The notes under the pieces are model-generated. The model had not been told where the DNA came from and made no database searches. It saw nothing but the letters and a program-made list of their open reading frames with translations. Position numbers and translations under genes: made by a program. DNA of 36,361 nucleotides from Betaproteobacteria bacterium (lineage in GTDB: Bacteria > Pseudomonadota > Gammaproteobacteria > Burkholderiales > Burkholderiaceae_C): NCBI GenBank assembly GCA_005882155.1, contig VBCQ01000252.1, positions 1 through 36,361 on the forward strand, written 5' to 3'. Shown here in pieces: positions 1 to 11,468 of the stretch (its first letter is position 1; each line of letters opens with the position of its first letter).

Positions 1-1257
1 TGCCGGCAGCATCGGCACGCCGCGCCCGTCGCGCTCGAGGATGTCGCTGGCGCATGTGCGGCCGAGCACCACGCATTCGAGCAGCGAGTTGCTCGCCAGC
101 CGATTCGCACCGTGCAGACCGGTATACGTCGTCTCGCCGACCGCATACAGGCCCGGCAGATCGCAGCGGCCGTTGAGGTCGGTGACGACGCCGCCGCAGG
201 TGTAGTGCGCCGCCGGCACGACCGGGATCGGCTGGCGCGCGATGTCGATGCCGAGCGCCATGCAGCGCGCATGGATCGTCGGGAAGTGGTCGCGCAGGAA
301 CAGCTCGCCGAGGTGCGTCGCGTCGAGCAGCACGTTGTCGACGCCGTGCTTCTTCATCTCGAAGTCGATCGCGCGGGCGACGATGTCGCGCGGCGCGAGC
401 TCCATCCGCTCGTCGTGCGCCGCCATGAAGCGCGTGCCGTCGGGCAATTTCAGGTGCGCACCCTCCCCGCGCAATGCCTCGGTGATCAGAAAGCTGCGCT
501 CCTGTGGGTGGTACAGGCAGGTCGGGTGGAACTGGATGAACTCCATGTTGCCGATGCGGCAGCCGGCGCGCCACGCCATCGCAATGCCATCGCCTGTTGC
601 CGTGTCCGGGTTCGTGGTGTAGCGATAGACCTTGCCGGCACCGCCAGTGGCCAGCACGACCGCGGCGGCGGGCAGGGTCTCGACGCGCTGCTGATCGATG
701 TCGAGCGCGTAGACCCCGTAGCAATGCGGCGTCTCGTCGCGCTTCAGGTGGCGCGAGGTAATGAGGTCGAGCGCCATCCAGCGTTCGCGTAACTGAATGT
801 TCGGATGGCGTCGCACCGACTCGAGCAGCACGTCGTGGATCGCCTTGCCGGTCGCGTCAGCGGCGTGGGCGATGCGGCGCACCGCATGCCCGCCTTCGCG
901 TGTGAGATGCAAGCCGAGCGGCCCGGCAGGGTCGGCAGAGAACGGCACGCCGCGATTGACCAGCCATTCGACGGCGTCGGCGCTGTGCTCGGCGATGAAT
1001 CGCGCGGCGTTCTCGTCGACCAAGCCGGCGCCGGCATCCTGCGTGTCGCGCACATGGGACTCGACGCTGTCGTCCTCGCCGAGCACGCCGACGATGCCGC
1101 CTTGTGCCCACGCGGTGGCGGCCTCCTCGAGCCCGCGCTTGGCCAGCACGATCACCGGATGCCGATCCGCCAGTTGCAGCGCGACGGTCAGACCCGCCAG
1201 TCCGGCGCCGATGATCACCACCGGAGCCTTGGGTGTTGCCGTGTCGGGTTGGGTCAT
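1..1257 (-). CDS. nadB: L-aspartate oxidase (3' end runs off the window)
   Basis: Manual translation from ATG at 1257, open to base 1: VVIIGAGLAG FAD motif, WAQGGI, HLTREGGHAVRRIAHAADATG, NMEFIQFHPT, ELAPRDIVARAI, AAHYTCGGV, TGLHGANRLASNSLLEC. Absent from the ORF track because there is no stop in the window. Confidence 0.96.
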   Translation of the reverse strand, partial: MTQPDTATPKAPVVIIGAGLAGLTVALQLADRHPVIVLAKRGLEEAATAWAQGGIVGVLGEDDSVESHVRDTQDAGAGLVDENAARFIAEHSADAVEWLVNRGVPFSADPAGPLGLHLTREGGHAVRRIAHAADATGKAIHDVLLESVRRHPNIQLRERWMALDLITSRHLKRDETPHCYGVYALDIDQQRVETLPAAAVVLATGGAGKVYRYTTNPDTATGDGIAMAWRAGCRIGNMEFIQFHPTCLYHPQERSFLITEALRGEGAHLKLPDGTRFMAAHDERMELAPRDIVARAIDFEMKKHGVDNVLLDATHLGELFLRDHFPTIHARCMALGIDIARQPIPVVPAAHYTCGGVVTDLNGRCDLPGLYAVGETTYTGLHGANRLASNSLLECVVLGRTCASDILERDGRGVPMLPA

Positions 1258-1397
1258 GGACGAACGCCGGTCGGCGCGAAGCGAAGCGAACTCATTCTAT
1301 CGAGCCGGGTCCACTCGGCTTGGGGCGTCGCTCGATCGGCCGGAGTGAAAACAGCACTCGATCGGACGCGTCCGGCCGCCTTACACTGATCATCACC

Positions 1398-2687
1398 ATG
1401 ACCATCCCGACCATCGCAGGTTCGTCCTGGAACTCGTCGATTCCGGCCGAGAGCGAACCGCCGACGCCAGCACCCGATGCGTGGCAGGCGACGCGCGCGC
1501 AGACGCAGCTGGTTCGCGATGAAGACGATTACCTCGCGACCGAGCAGCGCGACATCGGCCGCCTGGTCGGTGACAACCTGCGCGAGCTGTTCGTCTCATG
1601 CGACCCCGGCCCGGCGATGCAGCAGCAGTTCGAGCATCTGCATCCTGAGTTCATCGCGGTGCACGACATCGCGACGCATGCGTCGCGCAAGCTGCTCGCG
1701 GGCGTGGCGGCGGCGAGCAAGAAAGCGGTGCAGAAACTCGTGATCCGCCGGCAGGGCTACGGCAATACGCTGGCGACGATCGAGTTCGTCGAGCTGCCGA
1801 CCGCAGAAGGCGGCGTGCTGCGCATCTACGCGACCGAAGCCGATGCCGACACGGTCTCGCGGCGGGCGCTGGCCACCACACTGCTCGCGTTCAGCACGCT
1901 CGGCGTCATCCTCGTCGGCGACGTGCCGCTGCATGCGATGGCAGCGACGCTCAAGCCGCTGCACGACGACATGCGAGCCGGCCCGTGGCCGAATCGCCAG
2001 CTGCTGATGCTGCCGCTGTCGGCGGCGAATGCGCTCGTGACGCACGGCGTCGAGCTGTCGCGCGGCACCGGCGTCAACGTGCGAACGACGCCGCAGGTCA
2101 CGCGCCCGGCCGACGCGTGGAACTTCATCAGCAGCACCTGGACGCGACTGCACGGCGAATCCACGTCCCGCACCGGCTCCGCGCCGGTCTACCAGACGAC
2201 GCGGCCCGGTGGAATCGGCAGCAACATGCCTGCGACGACCGCGAGCCGAAGCGCCGAGCCGCTGCCCTTGCGACCGATGCCGAGCGTCTCCGGTGCAGCG
2301 TCACGCAGCGAGCAAGCGCAGGATCCGCTGTCGCGCTATGTGCATCAATTGAGCGAGCTGACCGGCATGGTCAGCTGCTGCGTATTCGAGGTTGCGACCG
2401 GCCGCGAGATCGTCCACGCCGGCGCGAGCCCGGGCGCCGCCGCGCTCGCCGAGCACGGCTCGGAACTGTTGGCCGCGATGCTGTCGACCAGCCGCACCTT
2501 GGGCCTCGGCCACGCGTTGCCCGATGCGGCGATCACGCTCGGCGCACATCACCTGCTGCTGCGCGCGGTGCCGAAGCATCCCGGCTTCGCGCTGCACGCG
2601 GTGCTCGACAAGACGCACGCGAACTTGACCCTGGCTCGGCTGCAGATCCTGCGGATGGATGCCATCTTTGATGAGCCGGCGGGCTGA
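1398..2687 (+). CDS. Hypothetical protein: putative degenerate small-GTPase-like domain plus C-terminal Roadblock/LC7 (MglB-like) domain
   Basis: ORF 1233..2687, likely start ATG 1398 just after a TACACT -10-like box. The C-terminal ~120 aa (LSELTGMVSCCVFEVATG...AAITLGAHHLLLRAV...LHAVLDKTHANLTLARLQI) fit the Roadblock/LC7 pattern. The middle domain assignment is inference. Confidence 0.75.
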   Translation: MTIPTIAGSSWNSSIPAESEPPTPAPDAWQATRAQTQLVRDEDDYLATEQRDIGRLVGDNLRELFVSCDPGPAMQQQFEHLHPEFIAVHDIATHASRKLLAGVAAASKKAVQKLVIRRQGYGNTLATIEFVELPTAEGGVLRIYATEADADTVSRRALATTLLAFSTLGVILVGDVPLHAMAATLKPLHDDMRAGPWPNRQLLMLPLSAANALVTHGVELSRGTGVNVRTTPQVTRPADAWNFISSTWTRLHGESTSRTGSAPVYQTTRPGGIGSNMPATTASRSAEPLPLRPMPSVSGAASRSEQAQDPLSRYVHQLSELTGMVSCCVFEVATGREIVHAGASPGAAALAEHGSELLAAMLSTSRTLGLGHALPDAAITLGAHHLLLRAVPKHPGFALHAVLDKTHANLTLARLQILRMDAIFDEPAG

Positions 2688-2693
2688 TTCCCA

Positions 2694-5239
<2,546 letters not shown>

Positions 5240-5263
5240 GGGAAGATTCCTCCGATCCCGGGC

Positions 5264-5291
5264 ACATTGGGCACCGGGCCTCATTTTCAAG
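5264..5291 (-). promoter_or_regulatory. Sigma-32 (RpoH) heat-shock promoter of clpB
   Basis: Minus strand reads CTTGAA-N14-CCCAATGT, 25 nt upstream of the clpB ATG; close match to the CTTGAA-N13-17-CCCCATNT consensus. Confidence 0.75.
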
Positions 5292-5332
5292 ACAATGCCG
5301 CTTCTTGCAACGCCGCGGACAAGGACAGGTTC

Positions 5333-5713
5333 ATGTGGAAATCGGTACTCGCCATCTCGCTCGGTGCGTCGATCGGCGCACTGCTGCGCTGGCAGTTCGG
5401 TGACAGGTTCAACAGCGTGTTTCCGACGATCCCGCCGGGCACCCTGGCCGCGAACCTGGTCGGCGGCTACGTCATCGGTCTCGCGATCGCGTTCTTCGCG
5501 ACGTACTCGGCGCTCGCGCCCGAGTGGCGCCTCTTCATCATCACCGGCTTTTGCGGCGGGCTAACGACGTTTTCCACCTTCTCAGCCGAGCTCACCACCT
5601 TGCTCCAGCAGGGGCGACTGAGTTGGGCGGTGGGCGCGATCGCGTTGCACGTCATCGGCTCGGTGACGATGACCTTCGCCGGCATCGCCACCATTGTCTG
5701 GACGCGGGGCTGA
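5333..5713 (+). CDS. crcB: Fluoride channel Fluc/CrcB
   Basis: 126 aa hydrophobic protein with [15 protein letters not shown] and [14 protein letters not shown] signatures; ATG 5333 after AAGGA. Confidence 0.96.
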   Translation: MWKSVLAISLGASIGALLRWQFGDRFNSVFPTIPPGTLAANLVGGYVIGLAIAFFATYSALAPEWRLFIITGFCGGLTTFSTFSAELTTLLQQGRLSWAVGAIALHVIGSVTMTFAGIATIVWTRG

Positions 5714-5734
5714 ACCATCGACAGGAGTCTAGCC

Positions 5735-6088
5735 ATGCAAGGTTCATTGCTGAGGTTCTACGTTCACGAGAGTCAGCGCTGCCACGGCCGGCTGGTCTGG
5801 GAGTGGCTGCTCGAGCAGGCCAACCAGATGGGCATTCGAGGCGGGTCGGCGTTTCGCGCGATGGCTGGCTTCGGGCGGCATCACCAGCTGCACGAGGCGC
5901 ACTTCGTCGAGCTCGCCGGCACGCTGACGATCGAGGTCGAGTTCATCGTCACGGCCGACGAGGCGCAGCGACTGATCGACCTCATCCACCGCGAGAAGAT
6001 CCGCGTGTTCTTCGCACATGTACCGGCGCACTTCGGCGTGATCAACCCCGACGCGCAAGACCCGCCGAGCCTGGCGCCCGGCCCCTAG
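5735..6088 (+). CDS. DUF190 family (PII-like) protein
   Basis: LRFYVHE...GIRGGSAFRAMAGFGRHH pattern; DUF190 is commonly encoded next to crcB; AGGAG RBS. Confidence 0.85.
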   Translation: MQGSLLRFYVHESQRCHGRLVWEWLLEQANQMGIRGGSAFRAMAGFGRHHQLHEAHFVELAGTLTIEVEFIVTADEAQRLIDLIHREKIRVFFAHVPAHFGVINPDAQDPPSLAPGP

Positions 6089-6095
6089 CCGAGGC

Positions 6096-6578
6096 TCAGT
6101 CCGCGGTGTTGCGGGACGCGATGCCCCAGCGCTGCGCCGCCGCGTCGTCGGCACTGCGCGCATCGACCCAGCGCGCGCCTTCGGGCGTGTGTTCCTTCTT
6201 CCAGAACGGCGCTTGCGTCTTCAGGTAGTCCATCAGAAATTCGCACGCCTGGAACGCCTGGCCTCGGTGCGACGAGGTCACGGCAACGAGAACGATCTGG
6301 TCTTGCGGCCGAAGCACGCCGACGCGGTGGATCACCCGCACGGCGCGAATGTCGAAGCGTTGCTGCGCCTCGTCGATCATCGATTCGATCGCCTTCTCTG
6401 TCATGCCGGGGTAGTGCTCGAGCTCCATCGAGCTGACGCCCGAGCCGTCGTTGCGATCGCGCACCGTGCCGACGAACGCCGCCACCGCGCCGACTCCGGC
6501 GTCGCCTGCGCGCAGCGCCGCGACCTCGGCGCCGAGGTCGAAGTCGTTGGTTTGCACGCTGACCCGCGGCTGTGTCAT
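6096..6578 (-). CDS. moaE: Molybdopterin synthase catalytic subunit
   Basis: GAVAAFVGTVRD, LEHYPGMTEK, HRVG, MDYLKTQAPFWKKE motifs. Confidence 0.96.
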   Translation of the reverse strand: MTQPRVSVQTNDFDLGAEVAALRAGDAGVGAVAAFVGTVRDRNDGSGVSSMELEHYPGMTEKAIESMIDEAQQRFDIRAVRVIHRVGVLRPQDQIVLVAVTSSHRGQAFQACEFLMDYLKTQAPFWKKEHTPEGARWVDARSADDAAAQRWGIASRNTAD

Positions 6579-6579
6579 C

Positions 6580-6831
6580 TCAACCTCCGGTCACCGGCGG
6601 GAAGAAGGCGACTTCGGCACCTTCGCTGACGACCGCCGATTCATCGCTGAGTGTCTGGTTCAGTGCGCAACGCAAGGCGCGGCCGCGCGCGAGAACCACA
6701 GCATGCTTCGCGCTGCGCTCGATCAGCTGATCACGCAGCCGCGACAGCGTCGTCTCGGCCGGGACCTCGATCTGCTCCCCGGACCCGAGCACTTCGCGGA
6801 TTGACGCGAAATAGCGCACCGTGACGTTCAT
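6580..6831 (-). CDS. moaD: Molybdopterin synthase sulfur carrier subunit
   Basis: MNVTVRYFASIRE...EVAFFPPVTGG with C-terminal Gly-Gly; last 83 aa of ORF 6580..7707; start overlaps the moeA stop (ATGA). Confidence 0.95.
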   Translation of the reverse strand: MNVTVRYFASIREVLGSGEQIEVPAETTLSRLRDQLIERSAKHAVVLARGRALRCALNQTLSDESAVVSEGAEVAFFPPVTGG

Positions 6832-8087
6832 GACAGCAGCTCGGAGAATGCGAGGTAGCGCACCGCGTCGCCGCGCTGGATCGCTCGGCCTGGCGGGTTG
6901 TCGACGACGCCGTCGCCCCACACGACGGAAGTCAACACGCCCGAGCTCTGATTCGCGAACAGCTCGAGGCCACCGCTGTCGGTGCGGCGCACGCGCAGGA
7001 ATTCGCGCCGCCGGTCGGGGCGCGGCCAATCGAAATCGGCGCGCAGCGAGATGCCGCGCGGCTCGAGCTGAACAGCGCCTTGCAAGTGCAGCAGCAGCGG
7101 GCGCACCGCCAGCAAAAACGTGATGAAGCTCGAAACCGGGTTGCCCGGCAGGCCGATGAAATATGCCGCGCTGCCATCGAACCGATTCACGTAGCCGAAC
7201 GCGAGCGGCTTGCCGGGCTTGATTGCGATCTGCCACAAGTCGAGCCGGCCTTCGGCCTGCACGGCAGGCTTCAGGTGATCTTCCTCGCCGACCGACACGC
7301 CGCCGCAAGTGACGATGAGGTCGTTGCCTTGCGCTGCGCGGCGTAGCGCTTCGCGTGTGGCATCGAGCCGATCGGGGACGATGCCGAGGTCGGTGCAGTC
7401 GCAGCCCAGCGACTGGATCAATCCGCGCAAGGTGTAGCGGTTCGAGTTGTAGATTGCACCCGGCTTCAACGGCTCGCCGGGCATCACGAGCTCGTCGCCG
7501 GTCGAGAACAGCGCGACCCTGGGACGACGCGCGACTCGCAGCGTCGCGGCGCCAACCGACGCGGCCAAGCCGAGCGCTTGCGGCGTCAGACGTTGCCCGC
7601 GCGCGAGCACGACGGCGCCGTTCATCACGTCTTCGCCGCAGCGGCGAATCCATTGGCCCGATGTCGGGATCATGTTGACGCGCACCGCGCCGTCCTGCGC
7701 TTCGCATTGTTCCTGCATGACGATCGCATCGGCGCCTGCGGGAATTTGCGCGCCGGTGAAGATGCGCGCCGCGGTACCCGCTTCGAGCGCCGACTTAGCC
7801 CCGCCGGCCGCGATGCGCTGGCTGACTCGCAGCACGGCGCCGGCTTCGATGACATCGGCGCAGCGCAGCGCATAGCCGTCCATCGCGCTGTTGTCGGCCG
7901 GCGGCACGTCGAGCGTCGAGCGCACGTCGTCGGCCAGCACGCGGCCGAGCGCATCGAAGGTCGAAACGCTCTGCGCGTCAGCTGCCGGGAACGCTAGGGT
8001 CGCGCTGATCAAGCGCTCCAGCGCCTGCTCCAGCGTCAGCAGCGGCGCTCGCGGGGTCAGCGTCGAAGAAAGGGGATCGGTACTCAT
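6828..8087 (-). CDS. moeA: Molybdopterin molybdotransferase (copy 1)
   Basis: [40 protein letters not shown] motifs; start placed at ATG 8087. Confidence 0.93.
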   Translation of the reverse strand: MSTDPLSSTLTPRAPLLTLEQALERLISATLAFPAADAQSVSTFDALGRVLADDVRSTLDVPPADNSAMDGYALRCADVIEAGAVLRVSQRIAAGGAKSALEAGTAARIFTGAQIPAGADAIVMQEQCEAQDGAVRVNMIPTSGQWIRRCGEDVMNGAVVLARGQRLTPQALGLAASVGAATLRVARRPRVALFSTGDELVMPGEPLKPGAIYNSNRYTLRGLIQSLGCDCTDLGIVPDRLDATREALRRAAQGNDLIVTCGGVSVGEEDHLKPAVQAEGRLDLWQIAIKPGKPLAFGYVNRFDGSAAYFIGLPGNPVSSFITFLLAVRPLLLHLQGAVQLEPRGISLRADFDWPRPDRRREFLRVRRTDSGGLELFANQSSGVLTSVVWGDGVVDNPPGRAIQRGDAVRYLAFSELLS

Positions 8088-8589
8088 AGCGCGCGGGGTT
8101 ACCGAGTAGGAAATGGGCCACGGCATCGGGATCGTTGAGGTCGAACAACGGCAGGCCGGTCGGCTCGGGCAACTGGTCGGCGCTGTCGGTGCAAATTGCC
8201 ACGACAAACGGGTCGTTCGGGTACTGCACTGGCTTGCCGGTGGCCGCGCGCCAGACCTCGATCTTCAGCAGGTCGGCATGCTTGAAGCCTTCGACCAGCA
8301 CCCAGTCGCAATCGTAGAGCTCGGCGATCAACTGGTGCACGGTCGGGTCGGCTTGCACTTCGTATTCGCGAATCTTCGCGAGCCGCCGGTCGGACGCGAT
8401 CACGACCTCGAACGCACCGGCCTGGCGATGCCGCCATGAGTCCTTGCCGGGCTGGTCGATGTCGAACGAATGGTGCGCATGCTTGACGACGGAGACGCGT
8501 TGACCCGCGAGGCGCAGGCGCGCGATCAGCTGCTCGACCAGCGTCGTCTTGCCGGAGCCCGAGTAACCGCTGAACCCAACGACTTTCAT
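7978..8589 (-). CDS. mobB: Molybdopterin-guanine dinucleotide biosynthesis protein B
   Basis: GYSGSGKTTL P-loop, VKHAHHSFDIDQPGKDSWRHR, VLVEGFK. Confidence 0.94.
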   Translation of the reverse strand: MKVVGFSGYSGSGKTTLVEQLIARLRLAGQRVSVVKHAHHSFDIDQPGKDSWRHRQAGAFEVVIASDRRLAKIREYEVQADPTVHQLIAELYDCDWVLVEGFKHADLLKIEVWRAATGKPVQYPNDPFVVAICTDSADQLPEPTGLPLFDLNDPDAVAHFLLGNPARYEYRSPFFDADPASAAADAGAGAGALDQRDPSVPGS

Positions 8590-8592
8590 GCT

Positions 8593-9999
8593 TCAGACAT
8601 TGTCAGCGATGTAGCGCTTGACCACCTGCGCGTCGGCCGGCATCACCGTGAAGCGCTTGGGGAGTTGCTCGATGCCCTGCATCGCGGTTGGCCGCGGCGG
8701 CTCGACTCCGATGGCTTCGACGATGGTCTCGGCAAACTTCGCCGGCAGTGCAGTCTCGAGCACGATCATCGGCACGCCGGCTTCCTGGTGTTCGCGTGCC
8801 ACCTTAAGCCCGTCAGCGGTGTGCGTGTCGATCATCACGCCGTGGCGTTGCCAGGTGTCACGGATCGTCGCGATGCGGTCGGCATGCGTGCTCGATCCGG
8901 AGACGAAGCCGAACTCGCCGATGCGCTCGAAGTCCTCTTGCCCGATCGCGAACGAGCCATGCTGCTCGATCTCGGTCTTGAACAGGCTCTTCGTTCGCGC
9001 CGCGTCGCGACCGAGCAGGTCGAACACGAAGCGCTCGAAGTTCGATGCCTTCGAGATGTCCATCGACGGGCTAGACGTCTCGTGCGTCTCGGCGCTGCCG
9101 CGCACGCGGTAGGTGCCGGTGCGAAAGAACTCATCGAGCACGTCGTTCTCGTTCGTCGCGAGCACGAGCTGCTTGATCGGCAGCCCCATCATCCGTGCGA
9201 CATGGCCGGCGCAGATGTTGCCGAAGTTGCCCGACGGCACCGCGAAGCTCACCTCCTCCTCGTCGGACTTGGAGGCCTGAAAGTAGCCGGCGAAGTAGTA
9301 GACGACCTGCGCCAGCAGGCGCGCCCAGTTGATCGAGTTCACCGTGCCGATCTTGTGGCGGCGCTTGAACTCGAGGTCGTTCGACACCGCCTTGACGATG
9401 TCCTGGCAATCGTCGAACACGCCTTCGATCGCGATGTTGTGGATGTTGGCGTCTTGCAGGCTGAACATCTGCGCCTGCTGGAACGCGCTCATGCGGCCGC
9501 GCGGGCTCAGCATGAAGACCTTGACGCCATGCTTGCCGCGCATCGCGTACTCGGCCGCGCTGCCGGTGTCGCCCGAGGTCGCGCCGAGGATGTTCAGCGT
9601 CTCGCCGCGGCGAGCGAGCTCGTACTCGAACAGGTTGCCCAGCAACTGCATCGCCATGTCCTTGAAGGCGAGCGTCGGGCCGTTGGACAGCGCTTGCAGC
9701 GACAGGCCCGGCTCCAGCGGCTTCAACGGCGTGATCGCGTGGGTGCCGAAGATCTCCGCGGTGTAGGTCTTCGCGACGATGGAGCGCAAGTCGGCCGGCG
9801 GAATGTCATCGATGAACAGCGACAGCACCTCGAATGCGAGCTCAGGATACGGCAGCAATCGCCAGTAGCCCAGTGTCGCCGCGTCGACGTTCGGGTAGCG
9901 CAGCGGGAGGTATAGCCCGCCGTCGGGTGCGAGTCCCTCGAGCAGGATCTCGCAGAAGCTGCGCTGGTGCGGGTCGCCGCGGGTGCTGATGTACTTCAT
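8593..9999 (-). CDS. thrC: Threonine synthase
   Basis: MKYISTRG, GLAPDGGLY, GPTLAFKD (PLP lysine), ATSGDTGSAA, NSINWARL, VPSGNFGN. Confidence 0.97.
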   Translation of the reverse strand: MKYISTRGDPHQRSFCEILLEGLAPDGGLYLPLRYPNVDAATLGYWRLLPYPELAFEVLSLFIDDIPPADLRSIVAKTYTAEIFGTHAITPLKPLEPGLSLQALSNGPTLAFKDMAMQLLGNLFEYELARRGETLNILGATSGDTGSAAEYAMRGKHGVKVFMLSPRGRMSAFQQAQMFSLQDANIHNIAIEGVFDDCQDIVKAVSNDLEFKRRHKIGTVNSINWARLLAQVVYYFAGYFQASKSDEEEVSFAVPSGNFGNICAGHVARMMGLPIKQLVLATNENDVLDEFFRTGTYRVRGSAETHETSSPSMDISKASNFERFVFDLLGRDAARTKSLFKTEIEQHGSFAIGQEDFERIGEFGFVSGSSTHADRIATIRDTWQRHGVMIDTHTADGLKVAREHQEAGVPMIVLETALPAKFAETIVEAIGVEPPRPTAMQGIEQLPKRFTVMPADAQVVKRYIADNV

Positions 10000-10048
10000 G
10001 TCAGTTTTCCGTTGGCGCTACTTGCGCGTGAACCCAGCGCATCAAGCA

Positions 10049-10123
10049 GCCGCCGCGGAGCCGGCTTTGCCGGGCCGCTGGCGGCGCCCCCTTGAGGGGG
10101 AGCGCCGAAGGCGCTTCGGGGGT
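10049..10123. repeat. Multi-hairpin interspersed palindromic element between hom and thrC
   Basis: Nested stem GCCGCC-GCGG..CCGGC-TTT-GCCGG..CCGC-GGCGGC, then CCCCCT-TG-AGGGGG and AGCGCC-GAA-GGCGCT. Resembles REP-like repeats of Burkholderiales; single copy in this window. Confidence 0.65.
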
Positions 10124-10133
10124 GGTCCATCCT

Positions 10134-11456
10134 TCAGTTGAGTTCTTCTTTGCGGATTCGCACGATCGGTGCGAGCACGGTGGGCAGCGCCTGCATCTGC
10201 GCGATTGCCTTGTTCATCTCGCCTTCGACAGTGTCGTGGGTCAGGATGATCACATCGGTCTGCGTCGCGCCCTCGGTACCGCCGCTGTCGTTCGGGCGCT
10301 GCAGCAGCGCGTCGATGGAAATGCCGAGTGCCGCGAGGATGCCGGTGATGCGCGCCAGCACGCCGGCCTTGTCGGCCACTTGCAGACGCAGGTAGAACGC
10401 GGTGACGACTTTGTCGATCGGCAGAATCGGCGTTGGCGCGAGCTCGTCGGGCTGGAACGCGAGGTGCGGCACACGATGGTTGGGGTCCGCCGTGTGCAGT
10501 CGCGTGATGTCGACGAGGTCGGCCACGACCGCCGACGCCGTTGGCTCGGCGCCCGCGCCCTTGCCGTAGTACAGCGTCGTGCCCACGGCATCGGCCTGCA
10601 CCAGAACCGCGTTCATCGCGCCTTCGACGTTGGCGATCAGGCGCTTCGCCGGCACCAGCGTCGGGTGCACGCGCAATTCGATGCCGTCGTCGCGCCGCTT
10701 GGTGATGCCGAGCAGCTTGATGCGGTAGCCGAGTTGCTCGGCATAGGTGATGTCGGCGGCCTGCAGCGTCGTGATGCCCTCGACGTGCGCCTTGTCGAAC
10801 TGCACCGGAATGCCGAACGCGATCGCGCTCATGATCGTTGCCTTGTGCGCGGCATCGACGCCTTCGATGTCGAAGCTCGGGTCGGCTTCGGCATATCCGA
10901 GAGCCTGCGCCTCCTTCAGCGCCGCGCCGAAGTCCAGGCCCTTGGCGCGCATCTCCGACAGGATGAAGTTGGTCGTGCCGTTGATGATGCCGGCGATCCA
11001 CTCGATGTGGTTGGCCGTCAGCCCTTCGCGAAGCGCCTTGATGATCGGAATGCCGCCGGCCACCGCGCCTTCGAACGCGACCATCACACCCTTCTCGCGC
11101 GCCGCAGCGAAGATCTCGGTGCCATGCACCGCGAGCAGCGCCTTGTTGGCGGTGACCACATGCTTGCCGGCGGCGATGGCTTCCATCACCAGGGCCTTGG
11201 CGATTCCGTAGCCGCCGATCAGCTCGATGACGATGTCGATCTCGGGGTTCGCGATGACCTCGCGCGCATCGGCGACGACACGCGCGCTGTCACCGACGAC
11301 CGCTCGGGCGCGTGCGGTGTCGAGGTCGGCCACCATCGTGATCTCGATGCCGCGGCCGGCGCGGCGGCGAATCTCTTCCTGATTGCGGCGCAGCACGTTG
11401 AAGGTGCCGCTGCCCACAGTGCCGATGCCCAGCAGGCCGACTTGGATGGCTTTCAT
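10134..11456 (-). CDS. hom: Homoserine dehydrogenase with C-terminal ACT domain
   Basis: GIGTVG, HVVTANKALLA, EGAVAGGIP, GIINGTTNFIL, GYAEADP; ACT domain FYLRLQVADKAGVLARI. Confidence 0.97.
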   Translation of the reverse strand: MKAIQVGLLGIGTVGSGTFNVLRRNQEEIRRRAGRGIEITMVADLDTARARAVVGDSARVVADAREVIANPEIDIVIELIGGYGIAKALVMEAIAAGKHVVTANKALLAVHGTEIFAAAREKGVMVAFEGAVAGGIPIIKALREGLTANHIEWIAGIINGTTNFILSEMRAKGLDFGAALKEAQALGYAEADPSFDIEGVDAAHKATIMSAIAFGIPVQFDKAHVEGITTLQAADITYAEQLGYRIKLLGITKRRDDGIELRVHPTLVPAKRLIANVEGAMNAVLVQADAVGTTLYYGKGAGAEPTASAVVADLVDITRLHTADPNHRVPHLAFQPDELAPTPILPIDKVVTAFYLRLQVADKAGVLARITGILAALGISIDALLQRPNDSGGTEGATQTDVIILTHDTVEGEMNKAIAQMQALPTVLAPIVRIRKEELN

Positions 11457-11468
11457 GATGTGCAGTGC

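Noticed and set aside
1276-1290. (GCGAA)x3 short tandem repeat upstream of nadB
   Set aside because: Only three units; too short to support phase variation or a regulatory role.
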